DNA from: Acidobacteriota bacterium
GTDB taxonomy: Bacteria; Acidobacteriota; Thermoanaerobaculia; Gp7-AA8
Assembly: GCA_019247495.1 (NCBI GenBank)
Contig: JAFAOU010000003.1
Span: 2,011 to 66,010 of the forward strand
Length of the DNA: 64,000 nucleotides
Direction of reading: 5' to 3'
Made by a program: the position numbers and the translations under genes. Shown piece by piece: positions 28,387 to 38,304 of this stretch. The stretch's first letter is position 1, and the number at the start of each line of letters is the position of its first letter. The notes beneath the pieces are model-generated. The model saw only the letters and a list, made by a program, of their open reading frames with translations. It was not told the DNA's origin and did not search any database.

Positions 28387-31200
28387 ATGCGCCGATCCTT
28401 TCTAGCGAACCTCGTGATCCTCGCCGTGACGGTGGCGATTGTGGCCGGTGCGTTCGCGTCGTTCCAGCGCAAACGATCCTCGTTCGAACGGATCGACTTC
28501 ACCTTCACGCGCGACAGCGGCGTCGTCGTCGTCAAAACGGTCGACCCCGGCAGCAGCGCCGAGACCAGCGGCCTTCGTCCCGGCGACCAGATCTGGCTGA
28601 TCGGCGACACGCCGTCGAGCGAGGTCGAAGGTCTGCAGAAAACGCTTCGGCGCATCGGCCAGAAAGTGCCGATGGTCATCAACCGCGGCGGCAAGACGTT
28701 CAAGCTCGACTACCTCGTCCCCGAACTGAAGATCGACTACGCCTACCTCATCCTCAGCTTCATCGGATTTCTCTATCTCGCTATCGGCATCTTCACGCTG
28801 TTCCGAGGGGGACGGACCGAGTCGACGCTCTTCTTCTTCGTCACGCTGCTGTCCTTCATCGTCTACGTCTACACGCCGGCCGGCGACATCGACCCGACGT
28901 ACAAGCTGCTGCAACTCGTCGAAGAATTCGCGACGATCCTGCTTCCGCCGCTGACGCTGAACTTCTTCCTGGTCTTCCCGCGTCCGATCGTTCGGTACCA
29001 GCGGCTCATCGCCGCGATGTACATCCCGCCGGCTCTCCTCGCGGCATGGGATCTCGACCTGCTCGTCCTCGGCAACCGGCTGGCCATCGCCGCGCCGTAT
29101 CGATCCCTCCTGCTGATCCAGCATTGGGAGCTGGTCCACTTCGTCATTTACTTCACGCTGGCCGTCGTAGCGCTCGCGTACACGTATCGCACCGCCGCCG
29201 CGGTCGGAAAAAAACAGATCAAGTGGATCTACCTCGGCATGGCGCTCGGCTTCGTGCCGTTCATGCTCATGTACCTCGTGCCGTACCTCGTCAGCGGATC
29301 GGTCAGGCCGATCTACGCGACGATTTCGATCCTCCCGCTGGCGCTCATCCCGCTGGCCTTCGCCGTCTCCATCCTCAAATACAAGCTGTGGGACGTCGAA
29401 GTCGTCATCAAGGAGATCCTGGCCTACTCGGTCACGTTCATCTTCGGCATGATCGCCTTCTCGACGATCAACCTGATCCTCACGCACGTGATCGAAGAGC
29501 GTTCCGCGCTGGAGCGCAGCTTCCTTGCCTTCACTTCAGGGTTGTTGATCGCCGGTGTGCTGATTCCTGTCAAGGGCCGCATCGAGTCGGTCATCGAGAT
29601 GTTCGTCTACCGCGACAGCTACAAGCATCGGCGCGCCATCGCCGAGTTCGCGCAGGAGCTGGCCACGTTTCACGACGTACACGAGTTGATCTCGATGATG
29701 CGCGAACGCCTTCGCGACGCGCTCGGCCTGCAGCGGATGAACCTCTTCACGCGGGAAGGCGCATCGCTGGTCATCTACGACGCCGAGCCGGAAATCCCGC
29801 GCCGCGCCACGATCGTCGAATTCGGTGCGATGCCGGCGGAAGGTCCTCTCGTTCTCACCGATCCGCGGCTGCCGGAAGGAAGCGAGCTCCCGTGGCAACT
29901 GCTTCGCGCCGGCTATCGTTATCTCTTTCCGCTTCGCAATCGCGGCGAGCTGCAAGGTCTCCTGCTCCTCGGCACGAAGCGCAACGAAGAGCCGCTCTCG
30001 CGCGATGACCTGCACCTCGTCGAATCGCTCTGCGCGCCGGTCGCCCTGGCCATCGAGAACTCGCGGCTCTACGGACGTCTTCGCCGCCAGCTCGAAGAGA
30101 TCCGCGCGCTCAAGGAGTACAACGAGAACATCATCGAGTCGTCGTCGTCCGCCATCGCGGTCGTCGCCTTCGACGGCACGGTGCTCACCGCGAACCACGC
30201 CTTCTGGGAGCTCCTCGGCGGCGTCGGTCCGAGCGAGGTACTCGACGAACCGATCGCGACGCTCTTCCCGCCGTACGACGAAATGCGCCGCACCAAGGCG
30301 CGCTCGATCACCACGAACTTCGTCAACCGCAACGGCGAGGAGAAGGAAGTCACCATCACCGCCAGCCCGCTCAACGCCGACGAACCGGACGGCGCACGCG
30401 TGCTCGTCATCGGCGACATCACCGAACGCGTTCGCCTCGAGCGCGAGCTGCAGGACAAAGAGCGCCTTGCCTCCCTCGGCCTCCTCGCCGCCGGCGTCGC
30501 GCACGAGGTCAACACACCGCTCACCGGCATTTCGTCATACGCTCAGCTCCTGCTGGCCGATACGGACGAGAACGATCCCCGCTACCGGCTGCTCAAGAAG
30601 ATGGAAGCGCAATCGTTCCGAGCCTCGCACCTGGTCAACAATCTGCTCGACCTCATCGCCAACCGTCCGCGCTCGCGCGAGATCGTCAACATCCCGGTGC
30701 TCATCGACGCCACCATCAATCTGCATGAAGACCTCTTCAAACCAAAGAACATCCAGGTGCATGTAGCGCCGATGGCCGATGCCGAGGTTCAGGGGAACTT
30801 TCATGATTTGCAGCAGGTGCTGACGAACATCCTTCTGAACGCTCGCGACGCGGTGGCCAACAACGGCAACATCTGGATCACCGCCGAGGAGAATGGTCCG
30901 AACCTCGTCATCAAGATCAAAGACGACGGCAGAGGCATTGCGCCGGACATGATCGGCCGCATCTTCGAGCCGCTCGTGACGACGAAACGCGGTCAGGGCG
31001 GAACGGGCCTCGGCCTCGCCATCACGCGCCGCATCCTTCACGCGTCTGACGGCGAAGTGACCGTTGAGAGCACGCCCGGCAACGGCGCCGAGTTCACCAT
31101 TACATTGCCAAAGAAAAGTGGATCAGTCGATCACTCGATCGGTCGATCAGAATCAGAGGACGAGGTTGTCGATCAACACACTGATCTACAAATCCACTAA
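28387..31200 (+). CDS. Membrane sensor histidine kinase (PDZ, multiple TM, GAF, PAS, HisKA, HATPase)
   Basis: PDZ-like VDPGSSAETSGLRPGDQI; many TM helices; GAF; AGVAHEVNTPL; GGTGLGL. Confidence 0.88.
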   Translation: MRRSFLANLVILAVTVAIVAGAFASFQRKRSSFERIDFTFTRDSGVVVVKTVDPGSSAETSGLRPGDQIWLIGDTPSSEVEGLQKTLRRIGQKVPMVINRGGKTFKLDYLVPELKIDYAYLILSFIGFLYLAIGIFTLFRGGRTESTLFFFVTLLSFIVYVYTPAGDIDPTYKLLQLVEEFATILLPPLTLNFFLVFPRPIVRYQRLIAAMYIPPALLAAWDLDLLVLGNRLAIAAPYRSLLLIQHWELVHFVIYFTLAVVALAYTYRTAAAVGKKQIKWIYLGMALGFVPFMLMYLVPYLVSGSVRPIYATISILPLALIPLAFAVSILKYKLWDVEVVIKEILAYSVTFIFGMIAFSTINLILTHVIEERSALERSFLAFTSGLLIAGVLIPVKGRIESVIEMFVYRDSYKHRRAIAEFAQELATFHDVHELISMMRERLRDALGLQRMNLFTREGASLVIYDAEPEIPRRATIVEFGAMPAEGPLVLTDPRLPEGSELPWQLLRAGYRYLFPLRNRGELQGLLLLGTKRNEEPLSRDDLHLVESLCAPVALAIENSRLYGRLRRQLEEIRALKEYNENIIESSSSAIAVVAFDGTVLTANHAFWELLGGVGPSEVLDEPIATLFPPYDEMRRTKARSITTNFVNRNGEEKEVTITASPLNADEPDGARVLVIGDITERVRLERELQDKERLASLGLLAAGVAHEVNTPLTGISSYAQLLLADTDENDPRYRLLKKMEAQSFRASHLVNNLLDLIANRPRSREIVNIPVLIDATINLHEDLFKPKNIQVHVAPMADAEVQGNFHDLQQVLTNILLNARDAVANNGNIWITAEENGPNLVIKIKDDGRGIAPDMIGRIFEPLVTTKRGQGGTGLGLAITRRILHASDGEVTVESTPGNGAEFTITLPKKSGSVDHSIGRSESEDEVVDQHTDLQIH

Positions 31201-31215
31201 TCCACTGATCTACTA
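31117..31215. repeat. 8-mer tandem inverted repeat (GTGGATCA/TAATCCAC type) overlapping the kinase 3' end
   Basis: gtggatcagtcgatcactcgatcggtcgatca...ctgatctacaaatccactaatccactgatctact; related copy at 49392-49517. Confidence 0.65.
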
Positions 31216-31220
31216 AGAAC

Positions 31221-32627
31221 ATGCGCATTCTCATAGTCGACGACGAAGAAGTACTCCGCGACGTGCTCGATGCCGTCCTGCGCCGTGAAGGCTTCGAAGT
31301 GGCCATGGCCGCGAGCGGCGAGGAAGCGCTGGCCGTCCTCGACGAGGACGACAACATCGACCTCGTGATCCTCGACATCATGCTGCCGGGCATCAGCGGC
31401 ATCGACACGCTGCGCGCGCTACGCATTTCGAATCCATCGCTGCCGGTCATCATCATCACCGCCTTCTCTTCGATCGACGGCGCCATCGAGGCGATGAAGC
31501 ACGGCGCGTTTCACTACATCCCCAAGCCGTTCAAAAACGAGGAAGTCATCCTCACCGTCAACAAGGCGCTCGAGCAGCGGCGCCTCTCGCGCGAGAACGA
31601 GCGCCTCAAAGCGGAGCTGTCCGAGAAGTACGCGTACGCGAACATCATCGGCAAGTCGGAGCCGATGCGGAAGGTCTACGACCTGATCCGCCTCGCCGCG
31701 CCGTCGCGTTCGAACATCCTCGTCACCGGCGAGTCGGGCACGGGCAAGGAGCTGGTCGCGAAAGCGATCCATCACGCCAGCCCGCGCGCGCGCAATGCGT
31801 TCGTCACCGTCAACTCCGGTTCGCTGCCTCCCGAGCTGCTCGAGTCATCGCTCTTCGGTCACATGAAGGGCTCATTCACCGGAGCGATCGCCACGAAACG
31901 CGGTCTGTTCGAAGTCGCTGACGGCGGCTCGATCTTCCTCGACGAGATCGGCAACATCAATCTGGAGACGCAGGCCAAGCTCCTCCGCGTGATCCAGGAA
32001 AAAGAGTTCATGCGCCTCGGCTCCGTCGACACGATCAAGGTCGACGTCCGCATCATCGCCGCCACGAACGCGGACCTCACCAAGCTGATGGCGGAGAACC
32101 GCTTTCGCGAAGATCTCTACTACCGCCTCAACGTCATCACCATCCCGCTGCCGCCGCTCCGCCGCCGCCGCGAAGACGTCGCGCTCCTCGTCGCACACTT
32201 CCTCGACAAATACGCGGAGGAGAACAAGCGCAAGGTGAAGGAAGTGACGCCGGACGCGATGCGCATCCTGCTCGACCACCCGTGGCCCGGCAACGTGCGC
32301 GAGCTGGAGAACACGATCGAGCGCGCCGTCGTCCTCTGCACCAGCGACCGCATCGGCATCGATCTGCTCCCCGACTATCTCCGCTTCCCGCAGCAGACAG
32401 ACCAGCCGGCGATGATCGTTCCGTCGGAAGGCTTGTCATTGAAGGACGCGGTCTCGCGCTACGAACGCGGCATGATCCTGCAGTCGCTTGAGATGGCGAA
32501 CAACGTCCAGAAAAAGGCGGCCGAGCTGCTCCAGCTCAAGCCTTCCACTCTCAACGAGATGATGAAGCGCCTCGGCATCCACACGAAGTCGAATGCGAAC
32601 GTCGAAGAGGAAGTCGGTGTTGAGTAG
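31221..32627 (+). CDS. Sigma54-dependent response regulator (NtrC/AtoC family)
   Basis: REC, GESGTGKE, GSFTGA, FLDEIG, FREDLYYRLNV, WPGNVRELEN, Fis-type HTH. Confidence 0.95.
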   Translation: MRILIVDDEEVLRDVLDAVLRREGFEVAMAASGEEALAVLDEDDNIDLVILDIMLPGISGIDTLRALRISNPSLPVIIITAFSSIDGAIEAMKHGAFHYIPKPFKNEEVILTVNKALEQRRLSRENERLKAELSEKYAYANIIGKSEPMRKVYDLIRLAAPSRSNILVTGESGTGKELVAKAIHHASPRARNAFVTVNSGSLPPELLESSLFGHMKGSFTGAIATKRGLFEVADGGSIFLDEIGNINLETQAKLLRVIQEKEFMRLGSVDTIKVDVRIIAATNADLTKLMAENRFREDLYYRLNVITIPLPPLRRRREDVALLVAHFLDKYAEENKRKVKEVTPDAMRILLDHPWPGNVRELENTIERAVVLCTSDRIGIDLLPDYLRFPQQTDQPAMIVPSEGLSLKDAVSRYERGMILQSLEMANNVQKKAAELLQLKPSTLNEMMKRLGIHTKSNANVEEEVGVE

Positions 32628-32630
32628 TTC

Positions 32631-33557
32631 ATGACCGACATTCGCGACTCCGTTCTTTCCGCCATCGGAAACACGCCCGTCGTCCGCCTCCGCAACCTCA
32701 TCGGCGAAGGAAGCGCGGATGTCATCATCAAACTCGAGTTCTACAACCCGACCGGCTCGTACAAAGACCGCATGGCGCTGGCGATGATCGAAGGCGCCGA
32801 ACGCCGCGGCACGCTGCGGCCCGGCATGCGCGTCATCGAATACACGGGCGGCAGCACCGGCTCGTCGCTCGCGCTGGTTTGCTCGGTCAAAGGCTACCCG
32901 TTCATCGCGCTGTCGTCCGACGCCTGGTCCGAGGAAAAGCTGCGCACGATGCGCGCATTCGGCGCCGAGGTGCGCGTCTTCCCGAGCGAGGGCGGCAAGG
33001 TCACGCCGGGACTCATCCAAACTCTGAAAGCCGAGGCAGAACGGCTGGCCGCCGAGCCCGGAACGTTCTACGCGAATCAATTCAACAACCGCAACGCGAT
33101 CGAAGGCTACCGCGGCATCGGAACGGAGCTTCTCGCGCAGGCGGGACCGATTTCCGCCTTTTGCGGCGGTGTCGGAACTGCCGGAATGATCTCGGGCGTG
33201 TCGCAGGCGCTCAAACCGACTGGCACGCGCATCATCGCCCTCGAACCCTCCACCTCGCCCGTTCTTACGGCCGGATACGGCGGACCACACCGCGTCGAAG
33301 GGATGGGCGTCGGCTTCGTCCCGCCACATCTGACGCGCGACGTCTACGACGAAGCGCGCGCTATCAACGAAGCCGAGGCGCGCGTGATGGCGCGCAGACT
33401 CGCGCGAGAGGAAGGCATCTTCGGAGGCGTATCGACGGGATTGAATGTCGTCGCCGCGCTGCAACTCGCGCGCGAGCTCGGACCAGGACACACCGTCGCA
33501 ACGGTGGCAGTCGACACGGGACTCAAGTACCTCGCCGGCGATCTGTTCGAAGCGTAG
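32631..33557 (+). CDS. cysK: PLP-dependent cysteine synthase family protein
   Basis: IGNTPVV, NPTGSYKDR, GVGTAG, RLAREEGIFGGVSTG. The substrate loop TGGSTG differs from canonical TSGNTG, so the symbol is tentative. Confidence 0.8.
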   Translation: MTDIRDSVLSAIGNTPVVRLRNLIGEGSADVIIKLEFYNPTGSYKDRMALAMIEGAERRGTLRPGMRVIEYTGGSTGSSLALVCSVKGYPFIALSSDAWSEEKLRTMRAFGAEVRVFPSEGGKVTPGLIQTLKAEAERLAAEPGTFYANQFNNRNAIEGYRGIGTELLAQAGPISAFCGGVGTAGMISGVSQALKPTGTRIIALEPSTSPVLTAGYGGPHRVEGMGVGFVPPHLTRDVYDEARAINEAEARVMARRLAREEGIFGGVSTGLNVVAALQLARELGPGHTVATVAVDTGLKYLAGDLFEA

Positions 33558-33688
33558 TGCGGACGTCCTCGTCTGCATCCGCTGGGCATCTTGCCCGGCG
33601 GTGGTTTCTGTGACCATCGCGCCGCTTGCACAAAAACCCCCGTCGGGCGAGGACGCCCACCGGTTGCAGGCGAGACGCCCGCACTACG
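33553..33688. repeat. GTAG-type REP doublet (REPIN-like), copy 2
   Basis: cgtagtgcggacgtcctcgtctgca...tgcaggcgagacgcccgcactacg; the GTAG contains the stop codon of the upstream gene. Confidence 0.75.
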
Positions 33689-33712
33689 TTGTGCGCCCTA
33701 TACTTCCCATCC

Positions 33713-34243
33713 ATGAAAAAACTTGCCGTCCTCCTGCTGCTCGCCGCGTCCACATCCGCGTTCGCGGCTTCGCCGAAAACTGCCGCGCCAAAACCTGGGA
33801 GTGATCAATTCGCGATCGAGTCGACGGTCCTCGCGGTTTACAACGTCATCAGCGGTCCGGCCGGACGCCGCGATTGGGATCGCTTCGAGGCGTTATTTGC
33901 GCCGGGCGCGCGGCTGGTCTCGACGAAACGCGGCGAAGATGGGTCGATCACCGCAAACGTCATGACGCCGAAGGAGTATGAGGAGAAGGCGAAGGTCTAC
34001 TTCAACGACCACGGCTTCTTCGAACATCCCGTGAACACGCACATCGATCTCTTCTCCGACATCGCCCATGTTTTCACGACATACGAATCGCGACATGCAT
34101 CATCGGATGACAAACCGTTCGCGCGCGGCATCAACAGTTTTCAGCTCGTACGCATCGGTGACGACTGGAAGGTGCTGACGATTTTTTGGGAAGAGGAAGA
34201 CGCGAAGCATCCGATTCCTGCGCAATACCTGCCGAAGCGATGA
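33713..34243 (+). CDS. Secreted NTF2/SnoaL-like protein
   Basis: Signal peptide; YNVISGPAG..RDWDRFEALF, RGINSFQL..W. Confidence 0.75.
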   Translation: MKKLAVLLLLAASTSAFAASPKTAAPKPGSDQFAIESTVLAVYNVISGPAGRRDWDRFEALFAPGARLVSTKRGEDGSITANVMTPKEYEEKAKVYFNDHGFFEHPVNTHIDLFSDIAHVFTTYESRHASSDDKPFARGINSFQLVRIGDDWKVLTIFWEEEDAKHPIPAQYLPKR

Positions 34244-34887
34244 GTCTCGCGGTCGCGCAGCTTTCGGCGCGGCGCGGCACGCGCCAGGTGCTGACCGGCG
34301 TCTCCTTCACCGCCCACCGCGGTGAAATCCTCGGCGTGATCGGTCCGAACGGCGCCGGCAAAACGACGCTGTTCGAATGCGTGGCCGGTCTTCTTCCGTT
34401 CGAGGGCACGGTTGACCACGATCTGCTCTTCTACGTCCCCGACGCCATCCGCCCGTGGCCGGATCAAACGGTGCGCTGGACGCTGGAGCTGATGGCGCGC
34501 ATGTTCGGCACACGTCTCGACGAAACGTTGCTCGACGATCTCGATCTCGTTGCGCTGCAACACGCAACGGTCAAGTCGCTATCGAAGGGGGAAGCGAAAC
34601 GCCTCGATATCGCCATCGGCCTCGCGGCTCCGCGTACGGTGTTGTTGCTCGACGAACCGTTCGACGGCCTCGATCTGCGGCAAACGCGGCAGGTGATGGA
34701 GGTCCTTCGCCGCGACGCCGCGAACGGCCGCACGCTCGTGCTTTCGATCCACCAGCTCAGTGACGCCGCGCGCGTCTGCGATCGATTTCTTCTGCTCGAT
34801 CATGGGAGATCTGTGGCCGAGGGAACGCTCGACGAATTGACCTCGGGAGTGGGCGGCCTCGAGGAGGTTTTTCTTGCGCTTACGTGA
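34240..34887 (+). CDS. ABC transporter ATP-binding protein
   Basis: GPNGAGKTT, LSKG signature, LLLDEP, H-loop. Confidence 0.9.
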   Translation: MSLAVAQLSARRGTRQVLTGVSFTAHRGEILGVIGPNGAGKTTLFECVAGLLPFEGTVDHDLLFYVPDAIRPWPDQTVRWTLELMARMFGTRLDETLLDDLDLVALQHATVKSLSKGEAKRLDIAIGLAAPRTVLLLDEPFDGLDLRQTRQVMEVLRRDAANGRTLVLSIHQLSDAARVCDRFLLLDHGRSVAEGTLDELTSGVGGLEEVFLALT

Positions 34888-36202
34888 TCTCGTGCGCAAG
34901 GAGATCGCGGAGCTGGCCGCCAGCCGCGCGTTCTGGCTGCTGCTGCTGATCGTCGGATTGCTGACGGGACAAAGCTTCATCACCGCGATGAATGCGTACG
35001 CCGAGGCCAGCGGAATCGGCGGCGGACCGGCGGCGCTCGCGCAGGGACTCTCGCCGCTCGACGGCATCCTCACGCCGACGCTCGGCGCGTACGACCTCGC
35101 CATCACGCTGCTGCTGCCGTTTGTTGTAATCCGTTTGATCGCATCGGAAAAATCGTCGGACGCGCTGAAGCTGATGCTGCAATGGCCGGCATCGATCGAA
35201 CGGCAGATCGCCGCGAAGGTGATCGCGCTCATCGCGGCGTGGGTCGTGTCGCTGGCGCCGTTCTTCATCGCACTGGCAATGTGGCGCAGCTACGGCGGAC
35301 ATCTCCACGCGCCGGAAGTGCTCAATCTCATTGCCGGCTACACGCTGCGATTCTTGCTGACAGCAGCGATCGCGATGGCGGCGGCATCGCTGATGTCGGG
35401 CGCTGCGAACGCGGCGATCGTCGTCCTCGCCTTCACCATCGGCACCTGGGCGCTCGACTTCATCGCAACCGGCCGCGGCGGGATCCTGCAGACGCTGGCG
35501 TCGTTCACGCCGGCGGCGACGCTGCGCGGTTTCGAGCGCGGACTTCTTCGCGTCGACGTCGTGCTGGTGATGCTGATCCTTTCGATCTTCGGCTTCTCCC
35601 TCGCCGCGAACTGGCTTCACCTCGGACGCACGCTCAAAGCGCGCATCGCAGGAACGGCGGTGTTGCTGATCCTCGCGACGCTCGCGACCATGAACGTGTT
35701 GATGCTGGTCCGGACCAGTTTCGACGTCTCCGAGAATCGCCGCAATTCGTTTTCGCATGCTGACGAGAACACGCTTGCTCACATCACCGAGCGGTTGACG
35801 ATCACCGTCTTCCTCGCCTCCGAGGATCCGCGAATGATGGATTTCGAGAACAACGTGCTGTTGAAATTGCGCCGATCGATGCCCGACGTGAGCGTGATCT
35901 ATCCGCTCGCCGGCCGCTCCGGCCTCTTCGAAAACGACGCGCGCTACGGCACGATCGAATACCGCCTCGGCACGAAGTCAGCGATGTCCCGCTCGACGAC
36001 AGAAGAGATCGTGCTCGACTCGATCTACGAGCTGGCCGGCGTGCGCGCACCGGCGCGCGCGGCGTCGGCGTATCCGGGATATCCGCTCGCAAAAAAACCA
36101 AACGGAGCGACGCTCGTGTTCTATGCGCTCTGGCCGGCAGCGTTGGGCGCTGTCATCCTGAGCCGCCGAAGCCGCGCAGCGCGAAGCGCGAAGACGGCGT
36201 AG
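34874..36202 (+). CDS. ABC-2 type permease with GldF/GldG-like fusion
   Basis: Multiple TM helices, LIASEKSSD.LKL, DVSENRRNSFS. Confidence 0.8.
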   Translation: MRLRDLVRKEIAELAASRAFWLLLLIVGLLTGQSFITAMNAYAEASGIGGGPAALAQGLSPLDGILTPTLGAYDLAITLLLPFVVIRLIASEKSSDALKLMLQWPASIERQIAAKVIALIAAWVVSLAPFFIALAMWRSYGGHLHAPEVLNLIAGYTLRFLLTAAIAMAAASLMSGAANAAIVVLAFTIGTWALDFIATGRGGILQTLASFTPAATLRGFERGLLRVDVVLVMLILSIFGFSLAANWLHLGRTLKARIAGTAVLLILATLATMNVLMLVRTSFDVSENRRNSFSHADENTLAHITERLTITVFLASEDPRMMDFENNVLLKLRRSMPDVSVIYPLAGRSGLFENDARYGTIEYRLGTKSAMSRSTTEEIVLDSIYELAGVRAPARAASAYPGYPLAKKPNGATLVFYALWPAALGAVILSRRSRAARSAKTA

Positions 36203-36336
36203 GACGGTCGAAGGACCCCCCAAGTGCTTGCGTTGTACTTCCCCGCCGCCCAACCGGGTTAGCAGGTAGGGGGTCCTTCGACCGTCCTACGCTGCTACGG
36301 CTTCGCCTGCGCAGCTCCGGCGGCTCAGGATGACAG
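36150..36336. repeat. CTGTCATCCTGAG...CTCAGGATGACAG palindromic element, copy 2
   Basis: Same termini and inner arms as 12212-12400; overlaps the last ~50 nt of the permease gene. Confidence 0.8.
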
Positions 36337-36339
36337 GCG

Positions 36340-36993
36340 CTACCGCTTCACTACGTACTTGTCGAACTGACTCACGCTATCCGTCTTCGACCACACGCCC
36401 ACCTTCCCCGACACCGGCTCTGCCAGCGTGTATTCGAGGAGCGGCTTGTCATCGAGAAACCCGTGTAGCGAAGTTCCGGCGACGGCGATTTTCATCGTGT
36501 GCCATTCGCCAAGGGGGATGTGGACGTTCTCAGAGCCTTTCTTCACGAAGCTGCGTTTGCCGCTCTTGAACGTCCAGAGCACTAGGTTGTCCTCTTTGCC
36601 GTTGAAGCGGACGGTCAGGTAATCGCCGTTCGTTTTCAGATTGAAGAGGATGCCGGCGCATTGATCGAGCTGGCCAGCCAGCAGGCGGAAGCGGATCGAG
36701 ATCTCGCCGTCGTGAAAATCATCGACATCCTTCGCCACCGCGTACGGAAAGTACGCGTACGCCTTCACGCTGTCGATGAACTCCTCGTGCTTCGCGCCGT
36801 AAATCGTGCGCGCTTTCGCGGCCAGGCCGGCGGACGGCTGCCCTTTGATCCATTGCCGTCCGTCGACCTGCAGCATGTGATCGCTGGTGACGTTCCAGTC
36901 GCCGACGATTGCAAGAAAATGCGACGGCGGAACGGAAACGTTCGCCGATGCGGCGAGCGACAGGATTGCGATTGCAACAACAGCAGTTTTCAT
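36340..36993 (-). CDS. Secreted beta-sandwich protein (DUF1080/ConA-like)
   Basis: Signal peptide MKTAVVAIAILSLAASA; GEWHTMKI, SGKVGVWSKTDSVSQFD. Start reassigned to 36993. Confidence 0.7.
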   Translation of the reverse strand: MKTAVVAIAILSLAASANVSVPPSHFLAIVGDWNVTSDHMLQVDGRQWIKGQPSAGLAAKARTIYGAKHEEFIDSVKAYAYFPYAVAKDVDDFHDGEISIRFRLLAGQLDQCAGILFNLKTNGDYLTVRFNGKEDNLVLWTFKSGKRSFVKKGSENVHIPLGEWHTMKIAVAGTSLHGFLDDKPLLEYTLAEPVSGKVGVWSKTDSVSQFDKYVVKR

Positions 36994-37043
36994 ATCAACC
37001 TCGGAGCAAGATTTTCGGAGATCATCGCACGCTCCTTTGCACT

Positions 37044-37766
37044 TCAGCGCGCGACCAGCATCGCAATCCCGAGAGCAATCAATAGGCCCGCAACCAGCCG
37101 CCGGAACACATTCTCCGGAACGCGGCCGAGGAGCGTGCGGCCGAAGAAGGTGCCGAGGATGACGGCGGCGCTGGCGCCGGCGATGAGCGGCCAGACCGTG
37201 AGCAGCTGGCGTCCGGTGCTGAAGGCGTAGACCGGCAGCCGCGCGCCGTCGACGATCAGCGCGATCGCCACGGCCGTGGCTACGAACACCTCTTTGCGCA
37301 CATCCAGCGCAAGCATCGCCGCGGCCCGGATGCCGCCCTGGTTTCCGACTAAACCACCAAGCAGGCCTGAGACGCCGCCGGCAACCCATGCGCCGCGCCG
37401 GCCGAAGCGGAGGTGATCGCTCCATCCCGTCACGCCGAAACATCCGACGATGATCAGCACGATCGCGAAGACCACCTTCAGTGCCTGCGTCGCCGCCATC
37501 GCGTGCAGCAGCGCGCCCGCAAGCGCGCCGGCGCCGCTCATCACGCCGAAGGTTTTCAGCACCTGCCTGTCGACGCGGTCGCGCAGCGTCCAGAGCCGCA
37601 GCGCGTTGCCGATGAAGTGCGGGATGGCCGCGGCGGCGACCGCCAGCTTCACGCCGATGGTCATGCCGAGGAGTGGCGTGAGGATGCTGCCGATGCCGAA
37701 GCCGGCCACGGCCGAAATCGCGCCGGCGAAGAATGCCGCGATGGCGATGAGGATCGCCGAAAGCAT
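37044..37766 (-). CDS. TauE/SafE family (TSUP) transporter
   Basis: GAISAVAGFGIGS, GLLGGLVGNQGG, ~8 TM helices. Confidence 0.85.
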   Translation of the reverse strand: MLSAILIAIAAFFAGAISAVAGFGIGSILTPLLGMTIGVKLAVAAAAIPHFIGNALRLWTLRDRVDRQVLKTFGVMSGAGALAGALLHAMAATQALKVVFAIVLIIVGCFGVTGWSDHLRFGRRGAWVAGGVSGLLGGLVGNQGGIRAAAMLALDVRKEVFVATAVAIALIVDGARLPVYAFSTGRQLLTVWPLIAGASAAVILGTFFGRTLLGRVPENVFRRLVAGLLIALGIAMLVAR

Positions 37767-38158
37767 CAGGAAGTCCGCGCCCTCGCCAGCTCCGGCCTGG
37801 GCGCGTTCTGCAGCGACGCCGGCAATTTCGCCGCGCAGCAGACGCGCTCGAGGGTCATGCGGTCGCGCTGCATCCCGCGCTCGTTCGACGCGACGTCCAG
37901 CACCTTCTGCAGCACCTCAGCAACAGCCGGGTCGGAAGGCATGGTCAGGCTGTAGTGCATCCACTTTCCGTCGCGCCGCGCCGTGACCAGTCCCGAGCGG
38001 CGGAGGTAGGCCAGATGCCGCGAAATCTTCGGCTGCGGCTCATCGAAGATCTCGACGAAGAAGCAGACGCAGACCTCGCCGGCCGCCATCAGATTCAGGA
38101 GCCGCAGCCGCGTCGGGTCGGCGAGCGCCTGGAAAAGTGTGACGAGGCTGGTTTTCAC
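37766..38158 (-). CDS. ArsR/SmtB family metalloregulator
   Basis: FQALADPTRLRLL, EVCVC, QPKISRHLAYLR, C-terminal CC. Confidence 0.92.
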   Translation of the reverse strand: MKTSLVTLFQALADPTRLRLLNLMAAGEVCVCFFVEIFDEPQPKISRHLAYLRRSGLVTARRDGKWMHYSLTMPSDPAVAEVLQKVLDVASNERGMQRDRMTLERVCCAAKLPASLQNAPRPELARARTS

Positions 38159-38269
38159 AGCGCGCGAGTATAGCGGGCTGGCAACGACGCAACATCCTGC
38201 CGTAACGATCGTTACTTTCCAACCTCATCCACACGGATGGCAACTTATCCGCGTCATACATCAGGAAGG

Positions 38270-38298
38270 TTGAAGTTCCGTACGGAATGCCGTATAGT
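38270..38298 (+). promoter_or_regulatory. Sigma70-type promoter with palindromic operator in the spacer
   Basis: TTGAAG-N17-TATAGT; the spacer contains the perfect palindrome TTCCGTACGGAA. Confidence 0.6.
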
Positions 38299-38304
38299 GC
38301 GCTT

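Noticed and set aside
31860-31890. GSFTGA instead of GAFTGA in the sigma54 activator
   Set aside because: A known, common variant; not evidence of novelty.
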